Shown here piece after piece: positions 19,993 to 27,938 of a stretch of DNA of 45,510 nt. The notes beneath the pieces are model-generated. The model ran no database searches. It worked only from the letters and a program-made list of their open reading frames with translations, and was not told where the DNA came from. Each line of letters opens with the position of its first letter. Position 1 is the first letter of the stretch. Made by a program: the position numbers and the translations under genes. The DNA is from a virus (lineage: Duplodnaviria > Caudoviricetes), in IMG/VR virus record IMGVR_UViG_3300037722_000182, positions 1 through 45,510 of that record; one strand, written 5' to 3'.

Positions 19993-20760
19993 TTATCCCC
20001 CTAAAATAGTTTGGTCCCCACCTAACGGTGAAAGACCTGATAAGAGTATGGAAGCGTTAGGCTTTACGCCTTTCGTCGTTCCTACAACTTTTTGTGAAGC
20101 TGTCTTCTTAGCTTCTTCAACAGTAGAACCGTCACCTACCTGAATAGTAAAATCCTCAAACCCTTCAGGTTTGCCCACTTCAGTAAAAAGCTCGTTAATC
20201 TGTTCGTCTTGTCCGGTAGACCAAAGAGTTGAGAAATAGTCGCTTATCCTCTTACTTTTATTATCATCGGTTACATCGTACTGGATACCGAAAAGAGCTG
20301 CGTTCGACTTTTCTCTGGCTATCTGCTGGTTGACGTAATCAACCGCAGAGGTAGAAGCGGTATTACGGTCAGAGAGAATTGTGTCTCTCTTCTCAATTTT
20401 TTTGTTACGTTCCAACTCCGCAAGTTTTGCGTCTTGCTCCGCTTTCTGTTGCGCAAGTAAAGTGGCTTGTTCTTTCTGCGCTTTTTCTAAACGTACCTGC
20501 TGCTCTTTTTGACTTTGTGCTAACTTAGCTGAGTACTCGTCTTGCTGACGTTTATACTTATCATCATAGTATGCTTGCTCAGAAAGTGGAGCAACGTATT
20601 TCGTAGGGTCTACTTCGTTGCCTTTTATCTCTTCAAACTCAGACGTTCCTTTAATGCGTTTCCTACCCGCCGCTACCGGAGTAGGGTTCGCCGCATTGTA
20701 GGAAGCTAAGTAAGATGAATATTCCGCAGAGTAAGATGGTTTTGATGAACCTTTTCCCAT
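19993..20760 (-). CDS. Coiled-coil virion-associated protein (MGKG N-terminus)
   Basis: Q/E/K-rich coiled coil; SILLSGLSPL..TILGG tail. Confidence 0.55.
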   Translation of the reverse strand: MGKGSSKPSYSAEYSSYLASYNAANPTPVAAGRKRIKGTSEFEEIKGNEVDPTKYVAPLSEQAYYDDKYKRQQDEYSAKLAQSQKEQQVRLEKAQKEQATLLAQQKAEQDAKLAELERNKKIEKRDTILSDRNTASTSAVDYVNQQIAREKSNAALFGIQYDVTDDNKSKRISDYFSTLWSTGQDEQINELFTEVGKPEGFEDFTIQVGDGSTVEEAKKTASQKVVGTTKGVKPNASILLSGLSPLGGDQTILGG

Positions 20761-20792
20761 AATATATACCCTAACTACTTCTTAACTAACTG

Positions 20793-21368
20793 TTAGTTAG
20801 ACTTTATGTTTATGACTGCTGTATCTAATTCCCCTAGATACTTGCACCCGTTTGGAACTTCTGTGACCCGTTTGAACCCTACCCTGCGAATGTAAAGGTT
20901 CGCTTTCCTATTACTCGCCGGGATTATCCCTATAATGGAAGTAAGGTAAGGCTCCTCGTCATACTTCCAATATTTCAGTATTCTGTTTGTAGCCCATCTC
21001 CCTATCGCTATCGCTTCTTGGAACGTTAATTTTGGGCTAGCGCTAAAATGCATGGCTCCCATTTGTCCTGATAAGAGTACTACTGTAAACTCTGCTACCA
21101 GGGTAGCGTCACTTGCATCGGCAATGTAGTACATATTACGAGTGTTACGTAGTATCATTGCTTGAACATCTTTTGCCCCCGGATTCGATATATCCCCAAG
21201 CCGAAACTTTATTAGATCATTATCAGCTAAGTGGGACCAGTAGTTTACAACCAAACTTTTGTCAACCGAACTGTACGGTATTATTAAATATCTATCGTCT
21301 AAACTGATATTACCACATAATTTTATATCTGTCAAGTTTATTTTTTCCACAATGCAAATTACCCCCAC
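20793..21368 (-). CDS. GNAT-fold acyltransferase-like protein
   Basis: IIGIIPASNRKANLYIRRVGFKR resembles GNAT motif B; start uncertain. Confidence 0.55.
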   Translation of the reverse strand: MGVICIVEKINLTDIKLCGNISLDDRYLIIPYSSVDKSLVVNYWSHLADNDLIKFRLGDISNPGAKDVQAMILRNTRNMYYIADASDATLVAEFTVVLLSGQMGAMHFSASPKLTFQEAIAIGRWATNRILKYWKYDEEPYLTSIIGIIPASNRKANLYIRRVGFKRVTEVPNGCKYLGELDTAVINIKSN

Positions 21369-22825
21369 TCTTTGTCAAGTTGCTCCATTATCTTACCGTC
21401 ATACAGGTTATCGAAGTAGTTCTCTGCATCATACCTTCCTTGTTGTTCGAGAAGGTCGGACAAAACTTGCCTTACAACTGAATCCGTTGGCTTCGTAATC
21501 CCGTTTCGTATAAGCTCGTTTATGTCGGCTAGCTCTTCTCCTCCTCCTGCGAAAGTAAGAACCAAGGCATCCGCTTTATCTGGTGATTGACGTAGGATAG
21601 CCTTTATGGCTTTCTTTGGTTTTAGCTTTATCCTCCTGTTTGTGTCGTTATCTTCTAACAGCACGTTGGACAACTGCCTAATAAGCTCGTCATCCTTTGG
21701 TATCGACCCTGATTTTAACCACTTGAGCGTCATCCAATACATGTATGCTCTCATGTTGAAGCACCCTGGTGAAGGTGAAGCTTCCCCAAAGTACACTGGA
21801 TGTACTACGTGGGCATAACCCATGTCATTCAGTCGGGCTATTACCCCTTCGCCGTACCCTGCATCTATGTACATGATGCTTGGGTGATACTGGTCTATCT
21901 GCTGCTTGATGAAGTTAGCCTGAAAAACCGAGTCTTTGTTGTCAAGGGTAATTATCTCTCTAACAAGCGGTCCTTTCCTCTTTACCAGTTGACTAGGATC
22001 GCCTGTGTAACCTACATCGAATCCCCACACTTCTGCTGCGGAGCGTGTTACGTGGTCTGGAACTTCTCTGCAAACGGCATCTGAAACGATTTGAGGGGAG
22101 ATTAAACGGTCAGGTGCTTCTGCGAAGAAGTCACACTCATACTCTCTTGCGAAAGCATCTGGACGCATGATACTCTTTAACGAGTTTATCTGTTCTTCGT
22201 TGAATACTCCGGTAGAGTAAATGTCGTACAGTACGGAATCCCATTCCGGGAACTTCTTCTTATCCTTACCCATGCAGTACATGTCATAGAACAAGTCAAG
22301 CCCTTTAACAGTACCGATAATGAACCCTCTACCATTACGGTCTGACATAGCAGGATAGATAACTTCATAGAAAGCATACTCAGCTTTCTCCCATGAAGCC
22401 ATTTCATCCAATACGGCTCTGTCCATATACACACCACGTAGCGATTCAATGTTCTCTGAACCTGCTAGGTATATAGATGATGTAGATGGGCCGATAAAGA
22501 AGTCTATACGTAGTTCAGTCTCGTTGAAGCCAACTAACCCTAGTGCTTCGAAATTTTTGAGGTAGAACTTGAAGTAGTTCCATACCAGACGTTTAGCCTG
22601 CTTCTGATTGGGAGCTATGTAGTAACCCCTGAAGTCGGGTATGCCTGACAACGCTTCCGTTATTAGCCATATAACCCCGTTGACCGTTTTACCGAACCTC
22701 CTATGGCATACCGCAACCAAGAACCTATAGATGTTCAGCTTGCTTGCTATATCCATTTGGCATGGTCGTGGCTGGTACGGTATAACTACCCTTCTCGTTG
22801 CCTTGGTGTCGTATACTTTTGTCAT
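21359..22825 (-). CDS. terL: Terminase large subunit
   Basis: CHRRFGKT Walker A, VLDEMA Walker B, GFDVG, IDAGYG and SPDKADAL nuclease motifs. Confidence 0.95.
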   Translation of the reverse strand: MTKVYDTKATRRVVIPYQPRPCQMDIASKLNIYRFLVAVCHRRFGKTVNGVIWLITEALSGIPDFRGYYIAPNQKQAKRLVWNYFKFYLKNFEALGLVGFNETELRIDFFIGPSTSSIYLAGSENIESLRGVYMDRAVLDEMASWEKAEYAFYEVIYPAMSDRNGRGFIIGTVKGLDLFYDMYCMGKDKKKFPEWDSVLYDIYSTGVFNEEQINSLKSIMRPDAFAREYECDFFAEAPDRLISPQIVSDAVCREVPDHVTRSAAEVWGFDVGYTGDPSQLVKRKGPLVREIITLDNKDSVFQANFIKQQIDQYHPSIMYIDAGYGEGVIARLNDMGYAHVVHPVYFGEASPSPGCFNMRAYMYWMTLKWLKSGSIPKDDELIRQLSNVLLEDNDTNRRIKLKPKKAIKAILRQSPDKADALVLTFAGGGEELADINELIRNGITKPTDSVVRQVLSDLLEQQGRYDAENYFDNLYDGKIMEQLDKEWG

Positions 22826-22858
22826 AACTAACGTGTTAGTTGAGGGAAGGAGGAGAAG

Positions 22859-23320
22859 TTAGTTGGCTGAGTGAAGTTCTATAACGGGCTGATTCAGGTT
22901 GTTAGTCAACCTTCGTGCCTGAACATTATCTAGTTCTTTCGGTCTTTCGAAGACCACCATGATGTTAGTGTTAGCTCCTGCTCCGTTCGCCTCTGGTTCT
23001 TTTTCTCTTCTATCGTGGTAAGCTCCAAGACAGAACTTAACCAAGGCAGAAGGGAACTTGTCCTGTAGCCCATTCACTATATACTTGTCTTCTATTTTGG
23101 TAAGAGAGCGGAGAATAGTTCCAACTGATGCTTCGGGGTATTTTGATAATCCCTCTTCATAGTTCTTCAAAGTTACGTTTATGTCGTAACTTCTATTGAA
23201 CCCAATGGCAAGGGCCAAACCAGGAACGGTTGGGATAGAAGATTCTAACTCGGTCATTGTGAAGTACATATCCGCAAGTGTTTCTATAAGCATGGGGTCA
23301 TGCATGGCTACATTATTCAT
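22859..23320 (-). CDS. terS: Terminase small subunit (P22 gp3-like)
   Basis: PTVPGLALAIGF motif; directly upstream of terL. Confidence 0.7.
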   Translation of the reverse strand: MNNVAMHDPMLIETLADMYFTMTELESSIPTVPGLALAIGFNRSYDINVTLKNYEEGLSKYPEASVGTILRSLTKIEDKYIVNGLQDKFPSALVKFCLGAYHDRREKEPEANGAGANTNIMVVFERPKELDNVQARRLTNNLNQPVIELHSAN

Positions 23321-23358
23321 AAGGGTTCCTCTATTGCTGGTTGAAGTAGGTATTGAAT

Positions 23359-23388
23359 ATTATACTATCTTTTGTAGGTATTTGTCAA
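23359..23388 (-). promoter_or_regulatory. Sigma70-type promoter for the packaging/structural operon
   Basis: TTGACA-18-TATAAT on the minus strand. Confidence 0.75.
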
Positions 23389-23419
23389 GAGCGATTTTCA
23401 ACTAACCCGTTAGTTAGAT

Positions 23420-23443
23420 GTAAGTAGTTGAAATTGTTAGATA
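23420..23443 (-). promoter_or_regulatory. IHF-like site, inverted copy of 25305-25328
   Basis: TATCTAACAATTTCAACTACTTAC vs TATCTAATAATATTAACTACTTAC (21/24); resembles WATCAANNNNTTR. Confidence 0.5.
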
Positions 23444-23484
23444 TATTGTGTTTATAACTGTTTGGGTTTGGAGGGAGTTCACAG

Positions 23485-23586
23485 GGTGGGATTGATAGCC
23501 TGAATCGGGTGCTAGATTAAATATATTGGCCCTTGGCTCGATTTGCCTGATGGTGTGGGTATATTGGGTCAGGTCATATATTTACG
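23485..23586 (-). repeat. Degenerate 102-bp inverted repeat, left copy
   Basis: Ungapped alignment to 25170-25271, about 66/102 identical by hand count. Confidence 0.75.
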
Positions 23587-23633
23587 TTTCTTAGGAGCGA
23601 ATATATTGAAATGCTGCTTTGTGGTAGGTAAAC

Positions 23634-23680
23634 AAAAAAAATCCCTTCAGCACCGTGGATGAGTCGGCACTGAAGGGATT
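23634..23680 (-). terminator. Terminator of the predicted sRNA
   Basis: AATCCCTTCAG...CTGAAGGGATT stem followed by T8 on the minus strand. Confidence 0.8.
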
Positions 23681-23786
23681 CGGGAGGGAGGTCACGCCCT
23701 CTGGTAGCGAAGAACCTTTACCGGGGAGAGGAACAGGCAAAGGGTACAAGAAGGGCCGAACGGTTTTTGCTTCCGGCCACGATTAA
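23634..23786 (-). ncRNA. Predicted ~150-nt multi-hairpin small RNA
   Basis: Own promoter upstream, three hairpins, then a strong terminator; GC-rich island in AT-rich DNA; no ORF of 60 aa or more. Confidence 0.65.
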
Positions 23787-23791
23787 ATTTC

Positions 23792-23819
23792 AATATAACA
23801 CTTTTTATAATTGAGTCAA
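23792..23819 (-). promoter_or_regulatory. Sigma70-type promoter of the predicted sRNA
   Basis: TTGACT-16-TATATT with an extended -10 TG. Confidence 0.6.
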
Positions 23820-23840
23820 TAAATATTTTAAAAAAGTTTC

Positions 23841-24070
23841 TGCCATCCGGTAGTTGACAATTCTTTGTCATGTGGTAGTTGATAATTCTCTGTCATCTGG
23901 TAGTTGACAACTTTAAAAAATTGAAAAATTATATTCTGTCAACTACCAGTTGACAACTTTAAAAAATTGAAAAATTCTATCTCTGTCACTCGGTAGTTGA
24001 CAACTTTAAAAAATTGAAAAATTCTATCTCTGTCACTCGGTAGTTGACAACTTTAAAAAATTGAAAAATT
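23841..24070. repeat. Iteron-like tandem arrays (25-bp, then 46/47-bp period) built on TGTCA-N9-TGACA
   Basis: GTTGACAACTTTAAAAAATTGAAAAATT at 23903, 23949, 23996 and 24043. Confidence 0.9.
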
Positions 24071-24211
24071 TTGTGTGTGGTCCTGTCACCCCGCCGCCGC
24101 ACCTACCATTTTCCCCCTACCCCCCCCTTTGATGATCGAGCGCTCAGTCAGGTACATGGACGTGTCAAGTGACACGCAACTTGTCATCTACCAGTTGACA
24201 CATACAGGATA

Positions 24212-24373
24212 TAGCATTGACGCTTGACGTGTCAACTGACAGAGTACGTTGTCAACTAGATAGACCTGGCAACTAACCAGTTAGTTGACCGGGTAGTAGC
24301 ATTGCCACTTGACACGTCAAGTAATGTTTCACGTGAAACGTCCGGGCAGTAGTATTGATACTTGACGCGTCAA
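24212..24373. repeat. Three 24-bp repeats ending in a TTGAC-N2-GTCAA palindrome
   Basis: Copies at 24212, 24297 and 24350. Confidence 0.75.
24325..24340. other. parS-like site
   Basis: TGTTTCACGTGAAACG, 15/16 match to the bacterial consensus TGTTTCACGTGAAACA. Confidence 0.75.
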
Positions 24374-24961
24374 CTGTAGTTAAGAAATGGCTTTGTTAGT
24401 TAGCTCCACCTTCCATAATTTATATATTTTGTCAATTTTCCAACTATCCGAAATCATTAAGTATTACTACTCTGTCAACTAACATTTTTGCCTAACAAAC
24501 AGATGTCAAATGGTCTTAACTACAGATAATCATTATATAAAACACATGTCAAAACTGTTAGGCCTAACCATTTCGACTGATAGCATCCTTGTTAACTGAC
24601 TGAAAAGACTGACAAAAACTCATGGGCGAGCAAAAATACATCCTTTTCAAAAGTCTATAGGAAAAAAAAAAACAAGGTCTAATTATTATACCAATTTATG
24701 AATATATTATACTATACTTTCCTTATAACAAGAATTATGCAAACATGTAAGGATGCATAATCATGTAATTTTCTCAATGATATCAAATAGTAAACTACTA
24801 CCCAAGACTTCTATCTGACAAGTACATTAAAAAGGCACTTAAATACCTACAATTATTGATAAAAGTACTAGGTTACACACTTTGTCAACTGCTACTTGAC
24901 GTGTCAACTAAAAGCGTATTATACCTATAACTATCTGTTTTCAATCAGTATATTACATCAG

Positions 24962-25066
24962 TTGACAACCTGTCAATTATGTTGCAATGCACCATTGTAT
25001 ACTTGACAACCTGTCAATTATGTTGCAATGCACCATTGTATTATGTTGCAATGCACCATTGTATAC
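24962..25066. repeat. 41-bp direct repeat (two copies plus a partial third)
   Basis: TTGACAACCTGTCAATTATGTTGCAATGCACCATTGTAT units. Confidence 0.9.
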
Positions 25067-25135
25067 TTGACACTTGACACTTGACACTTGACACTTGACA
25101 CTTGACACTTGACACTTGACACTTGACACTTGACA
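25067..25135 (+). repeat. Heptamer tandem array (TTGACAC)x9 plus TTGACA
   Basis: Read directly from the sequence. Confidence 0.95.
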
Positions 25136-25169
25136 ACGCCTACCCTTCCCAATTTGCTTGTTTAAGCCA

Positions 25170-25271
25170 CGTAAATATATGATCTAGGCTATCCTACCCG
25201 CCCCACCTTGAAAGTCGCTATACAGAGCAATATATTTGATTCTCCCCCCCTTTCAGGCTAATCTACCCACC
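25170..25271 (+). repeat. Degenerate 102-bp inverted repeat, right copy
   Basis: Shared blocks CGTAAATATATGA, CAATATATTT, TTCAGGCTA and CCCACC at identical spacing. Confidence 0.75.
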
Positions 25272-25304
25272 TAGATATAATGCAAGTCGGGATATAAATT
25301 ATTT

Positions 25305-25328
25305 TATCTAATAATATTAACTACTTAC
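25305..25328 (+). promoter_or_regulatory. IHF-like site, right arm
   Basis: Mirror of 23420-23443. Confidence 0.5.
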
Positions 25329-25383
25329 CCTCATTTCATGGATAAAAACAACTAACTAACGGTTAGTTGTTAAAAATAAATAC

Positions 25384-25412
25384 TTGCAATCTGTTTTAAC
25401 CTGCTGTATTAT
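25384..25412 (+). promoter_or_regulatory. Sigma70-type early promoter
   Basis: TTGCAA-17-TATTAT upstream of the first rightward gene. Confidence 0.65.
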
Positions 25413-25449
25413 TATAGACAGGATGAGGGACACAACAAACACCAATCAA

Positions 25450-25460
25450 AGGGAGGTCAC
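25450..25460 (+). promoter_or_regulatory. Shared extended RBS (AG)GGAGGTCAC-N3-ATG; also at 26961, 27448, 27925, 30413, with a variant at 35151
   Basis: Same 9-11-mer exactly 3 nt before the ATG of five genes. Confidence 0.85.
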
Positions 25461-25463
25461 ACC

Positions 25464-26582
25464 ATGAAAACTAACACCACTACAAGTCATCTTTGTCCAA
25501 TCGCCCTTTCAGTACTTAATCACGTCAGCAAAGCTAATGGATGGAGCGTCAAAGATGACACCGCCCTTAGTGCAGCAGGTACAATGGTACGATTCACGGC
25601 GAAAACATGCGTTATATCCAATGCAGGTCAGAAAATAGTATTGAAAATTGGTACTGCGATAAAGCCGATAGTATCCCAAATTATTATTGTCGAAAACAAA
25701 GCAAAAGAAGCACTCAAAGCAGATACAACTGCAAAACAACAAACACCAACAATCAAACCAAATGAAGAGGTAAAAACCATGACTGAAATTACACCAAACA
25801 CCGTAGCAAAGAATAAAGCCACTGCCGCTGCAAAAAAAGCCGCTGCCGAAAAAGCAAACGATGCCCTTAACTTGCTTGCCGATCCAGAAGAAAGCACTGA
25901 AGTCACACCAGCCACTCCTGCAAAGACGGGCAAAGTAGAGGCCTTCAAAGCTGCGACGGATAAAGTGGTAGAAACTCCCAAAGCTCCCAAAGAAGTCAAG
26001 GCTCCTGTTATCGCAAAGCCTCTTGTTAATCCTGCCGGAACAGCTACACCCGTTTTTGAAGAACTGAAGGCCGCCTGTGACAAGACTGAGAAGGTCGAAA
26101 GCGTTATAAAATCCATGTGGGAAGAGATCGGGAAGAAGTTTAACAACTCTATTTCAGGCATTACCACTGCTCTGTTGGCAGAAGGACTCTGGCCGGCTCG
26201 CAAGGACGCTAAAGGTAACTTTGTAGCCGATCCAGACGGCAACCAAGTACCTGCCGGTTATCAAGCCGTATACAAAGCGGAGAAAGCGAATGGTGTAAAA
26301 GGCGCAGGTCATTATGTAAACACTGCTGCTGCTGCTTTCGGTCGAATCAACATGGAGAAAGGCCGCATCAAAGCAGAGGAAGACAAGAAAGCAGGGAAAC
26401 CTACCCCCGTCGATGATACACCGACCGAAAAACAGCTTAACAAGTTGCTCCTGCAACTGGAGTCAGCTGCACAAAAGTTGACCGCTGGTCAGCTTAAAGA
26501 GTGGCTGGAAACTTCCAAAACCATGGCACCTGTTATCGATGCGATCGTTGCAGAACGTGAAGCATTGAATGAACTCGGTTAA
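25464..26582 (+). CDS. First early gene, Ala/Lys/Thr-rich hypothetical protein
   Basis: 372 aa, strong RBS; possible in-frame restart at 25779. Confidence 0.8.
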   Translation: MKTNTTTSHLCPIALSVLNHVSKANGWSVKDDTALSAAGTMVRFTAKTCVISNAGQKIVLKIGTAIKPIVSQIIIVENKAKEALKADTTAKQQTPTIKPNEEVKTMTEITPNTVAKNKATAAAKKAAAEKANDALNLLADPEESTEVTPATPAKTGKVEAFKAATDKVVETPKAPKEVKAPVIAKPLVNPAGTATPVFEELKAACDKTEKVESVIKSMWEEIGKKFNNSISGITTALLAEGLWPARKDAKGNFVADPDGNQVPAGYQAVYKAEKANGVKGAGHYVNTAAAAFGRINMEKGRIKAEEDKKAGKPTPVDDTPTEKQLNKLLLQLESAAQKLTAGQLKEWLETSKTMAPVIDAIVAEREALNELG

Positions 26583-26600
26583 TACCTGTTCTTTATAAGC

Positions 26601-26651
26601 CTGTAGGGTGTACAATTTTCAGAATAATATTGTACACCTTATCAGATTTTT
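26601..26651 (+). terminator. Stem-loop after the first early gene (terminator or processing site)
   Basis: AGGGTGTACAAT...ATTGTACACCTT followed by a T-run. Confidence 0.5.
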
Positions 26652-26666
26652 AATGGAGGTATTGCC

Positions 26667-26828
26667 ATGTATCTATCTAACAAGTGGAAGTTGCGACAAG
26701 TTGCGCTATATGTAGTTATGCGCCTAGTCGCAAAAAGTGCAGTCAAGAGTAGTTTTGGCGAATGGATGAACCAAGACTATAAAAAGGAGTTAAGGTCAGT
26801 AAAACAACTCAGGAGAATGAACCAATGA
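26667..26828 (+). CDS. Small basic protein (53 aa)
   Basis: GGAGGT RBS; ATGA coupling to the next ORF; below the ORF-track cutoff. Confidence 0.6.
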   Translation: MYLSNKWKLRQVALYVVMRLVAKSAVKSSFGEWMNQDYKKELRSVKQLRRMNQ

Positions 26829-26935
26829 ACGCAAAAGAATTGTTAGTTGTAGGTATAATATCTTTGATTGGCTGGTTAATAATTGGGGTAGGAGTAGGAA
26901 TAGGAATAGAGATTGTTAAAACATTCCTTAACTAA
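26825..26935 (+). CDS. Small membrane peptide (36 aa)
   Basis: AGGAG RBS; LLVVGIISLIGWLIIGVGVGIGI. Confidence 0.55.
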   Translation: MNAKELLVVGIISLIGWLIIGVGVGIGIEIVKTFLN

Positions 26936-26972
26936 CCGTTAGTTGATATTAAAATCGAATGGAGGTCACACC

Positions 26973-27413
26973 ATGACGGACAAAGCCGAAAAAAGAGACT
27001 ACTTAATACTGAATATAGATACACGAGTTGATAAAGTATTTATACAGGTAAACAAAAAGACGGACACAGATATGTGTTATAACCTGACTTTTGCGAAGTC
27101 AAACAGAGAATATTATCTTGTATGTCAAGGATTCTTTGTACCTTGTTATTCAGGTAGGCATGAATCATCTATTTACGGAGACGTTAATACCCGAACCATA
27201 GTACACTGCTTGAAAGTGCTCCCGAAAATATTGTATAATAAAATCAATTTGGTTGAGGTTATTGCGGATATAATCAAAAGGGAAAAGCTTAACCTGTATC
27301 AGATAAATGTCAATTCCAATATGGACTATTCGCAAGCGAAGAAAATCAATATCTTAACTCTTTCTACTATTCAAACGGAATTGAATAACCAAGGATTCCC
27401 AATAGCTTTTTAA
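26973..27413 (+). CDS. Hypothetical early protein
   Basis: Start reassigned to 26973 by the GGAGGTCAC RBS. Confidence 0.7.
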   Translation: MTDKAEKRDYLILNIDTRVDKVFIQVNKKTDTDMCYNLTFAKSNREYYLVCQGFFVPCYSGRHESSIYGDVNTRTIVHCLKVLPKILYNKINLVEVIADIIKREKLNLYQINVNSNMDYSQAKKINILTLSTIQTELNNQGFPIAF

Positions 27414-27459
27414 CTAACACGTTAGTCATCATCTAACAAAACTTTATGGAGGTCACACC

Positions 27460-27708
27460 ATGACAAGTATAGATAGAATAGAAGCCAGTTGTCTTTCTTA
27501 CCTCGAACCCATTGAGCAACACTACCAGTCAACAATAAAACCCGAAAAACAAACTCCTTACAATAACGTAGAACTACTGAGAAAACAGTTTGCTGAACTG
27601 GAAGCAAGGTTTCAATCAGTTGTTCAGGCAAGTGCGCAAGTTATAGCTGCACAGCAAAACTGCATCAAAGAGCTTGAAAAAGCTATTCACGCCTTGAAAT
27701 ACAAATAA
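27460..27708 (+). CDS. Small coiled-coil early protein
   Basis: GGAGGTCAC RBS; heptad pattern. Confidence 0.7.
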   Translation: MTSIDRIEASCLSYLEPIEQHYQSTIKPEKQTPYNNVELLRKQFAELEARFQSVVQASAQVIAAQQNCIKELEKAIHALKYK

Positions 27709-27722
27709 TCCTCAGGGCTAAC

Positions 27723-27757
27723 AATACCCGGCCATACCAAGGACCGGGTATTTTCTT
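27723..27757 (+). terminator. Rho-independent terminator
   Basis: AATACCCGGCC...GGACCGGGTATT-TTCTT. Confidence 0.75.
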
Positions 27758-27759
27758 AC

Positions 27760-27788
27760 TTGACAAAATATATTTTAAGAGTTATAAT
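27760..27788 (+). promoter_or_regulatory. Consensus sigma70 promoter
   Basis: TTGACA-17-TATAAT. Confidence 0.85.
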
Positions 27789-27808
27789 AGCTCTTTACGG
27801 TGAATATT

Positions 27809-27895
27809 ATGGATTTCTTGAGAGGTCTAGTTACGATTATTCTGTTATGTATTATGTTAATCGGCTTTATTATAGAGCTGGCAAAAAGTGTTTAA
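27809..27895 (+). CDS. Possible 28-aa membrane peptide
   Basis: MDFLRGLVTIILLCIMLIGFIIELAKSV; weak RBS. Confidence 0.4.
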   Translation: MDFLRGLVTIILLCIMLIGFIIELAKSV

Positions 27896-27938
27896 CTAAC
27901 GTGTTAGTTGGCATTAAAAATTAAAGGGAGGTCACCCC

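Noticed and set aside
23903-24070. Mini-CRISPR array (28-bp repeat x4)
   Set aside because: Spacers are only 18-19 bp, two are identical and all are related; this is a tandem repeat, and there are no cas genes
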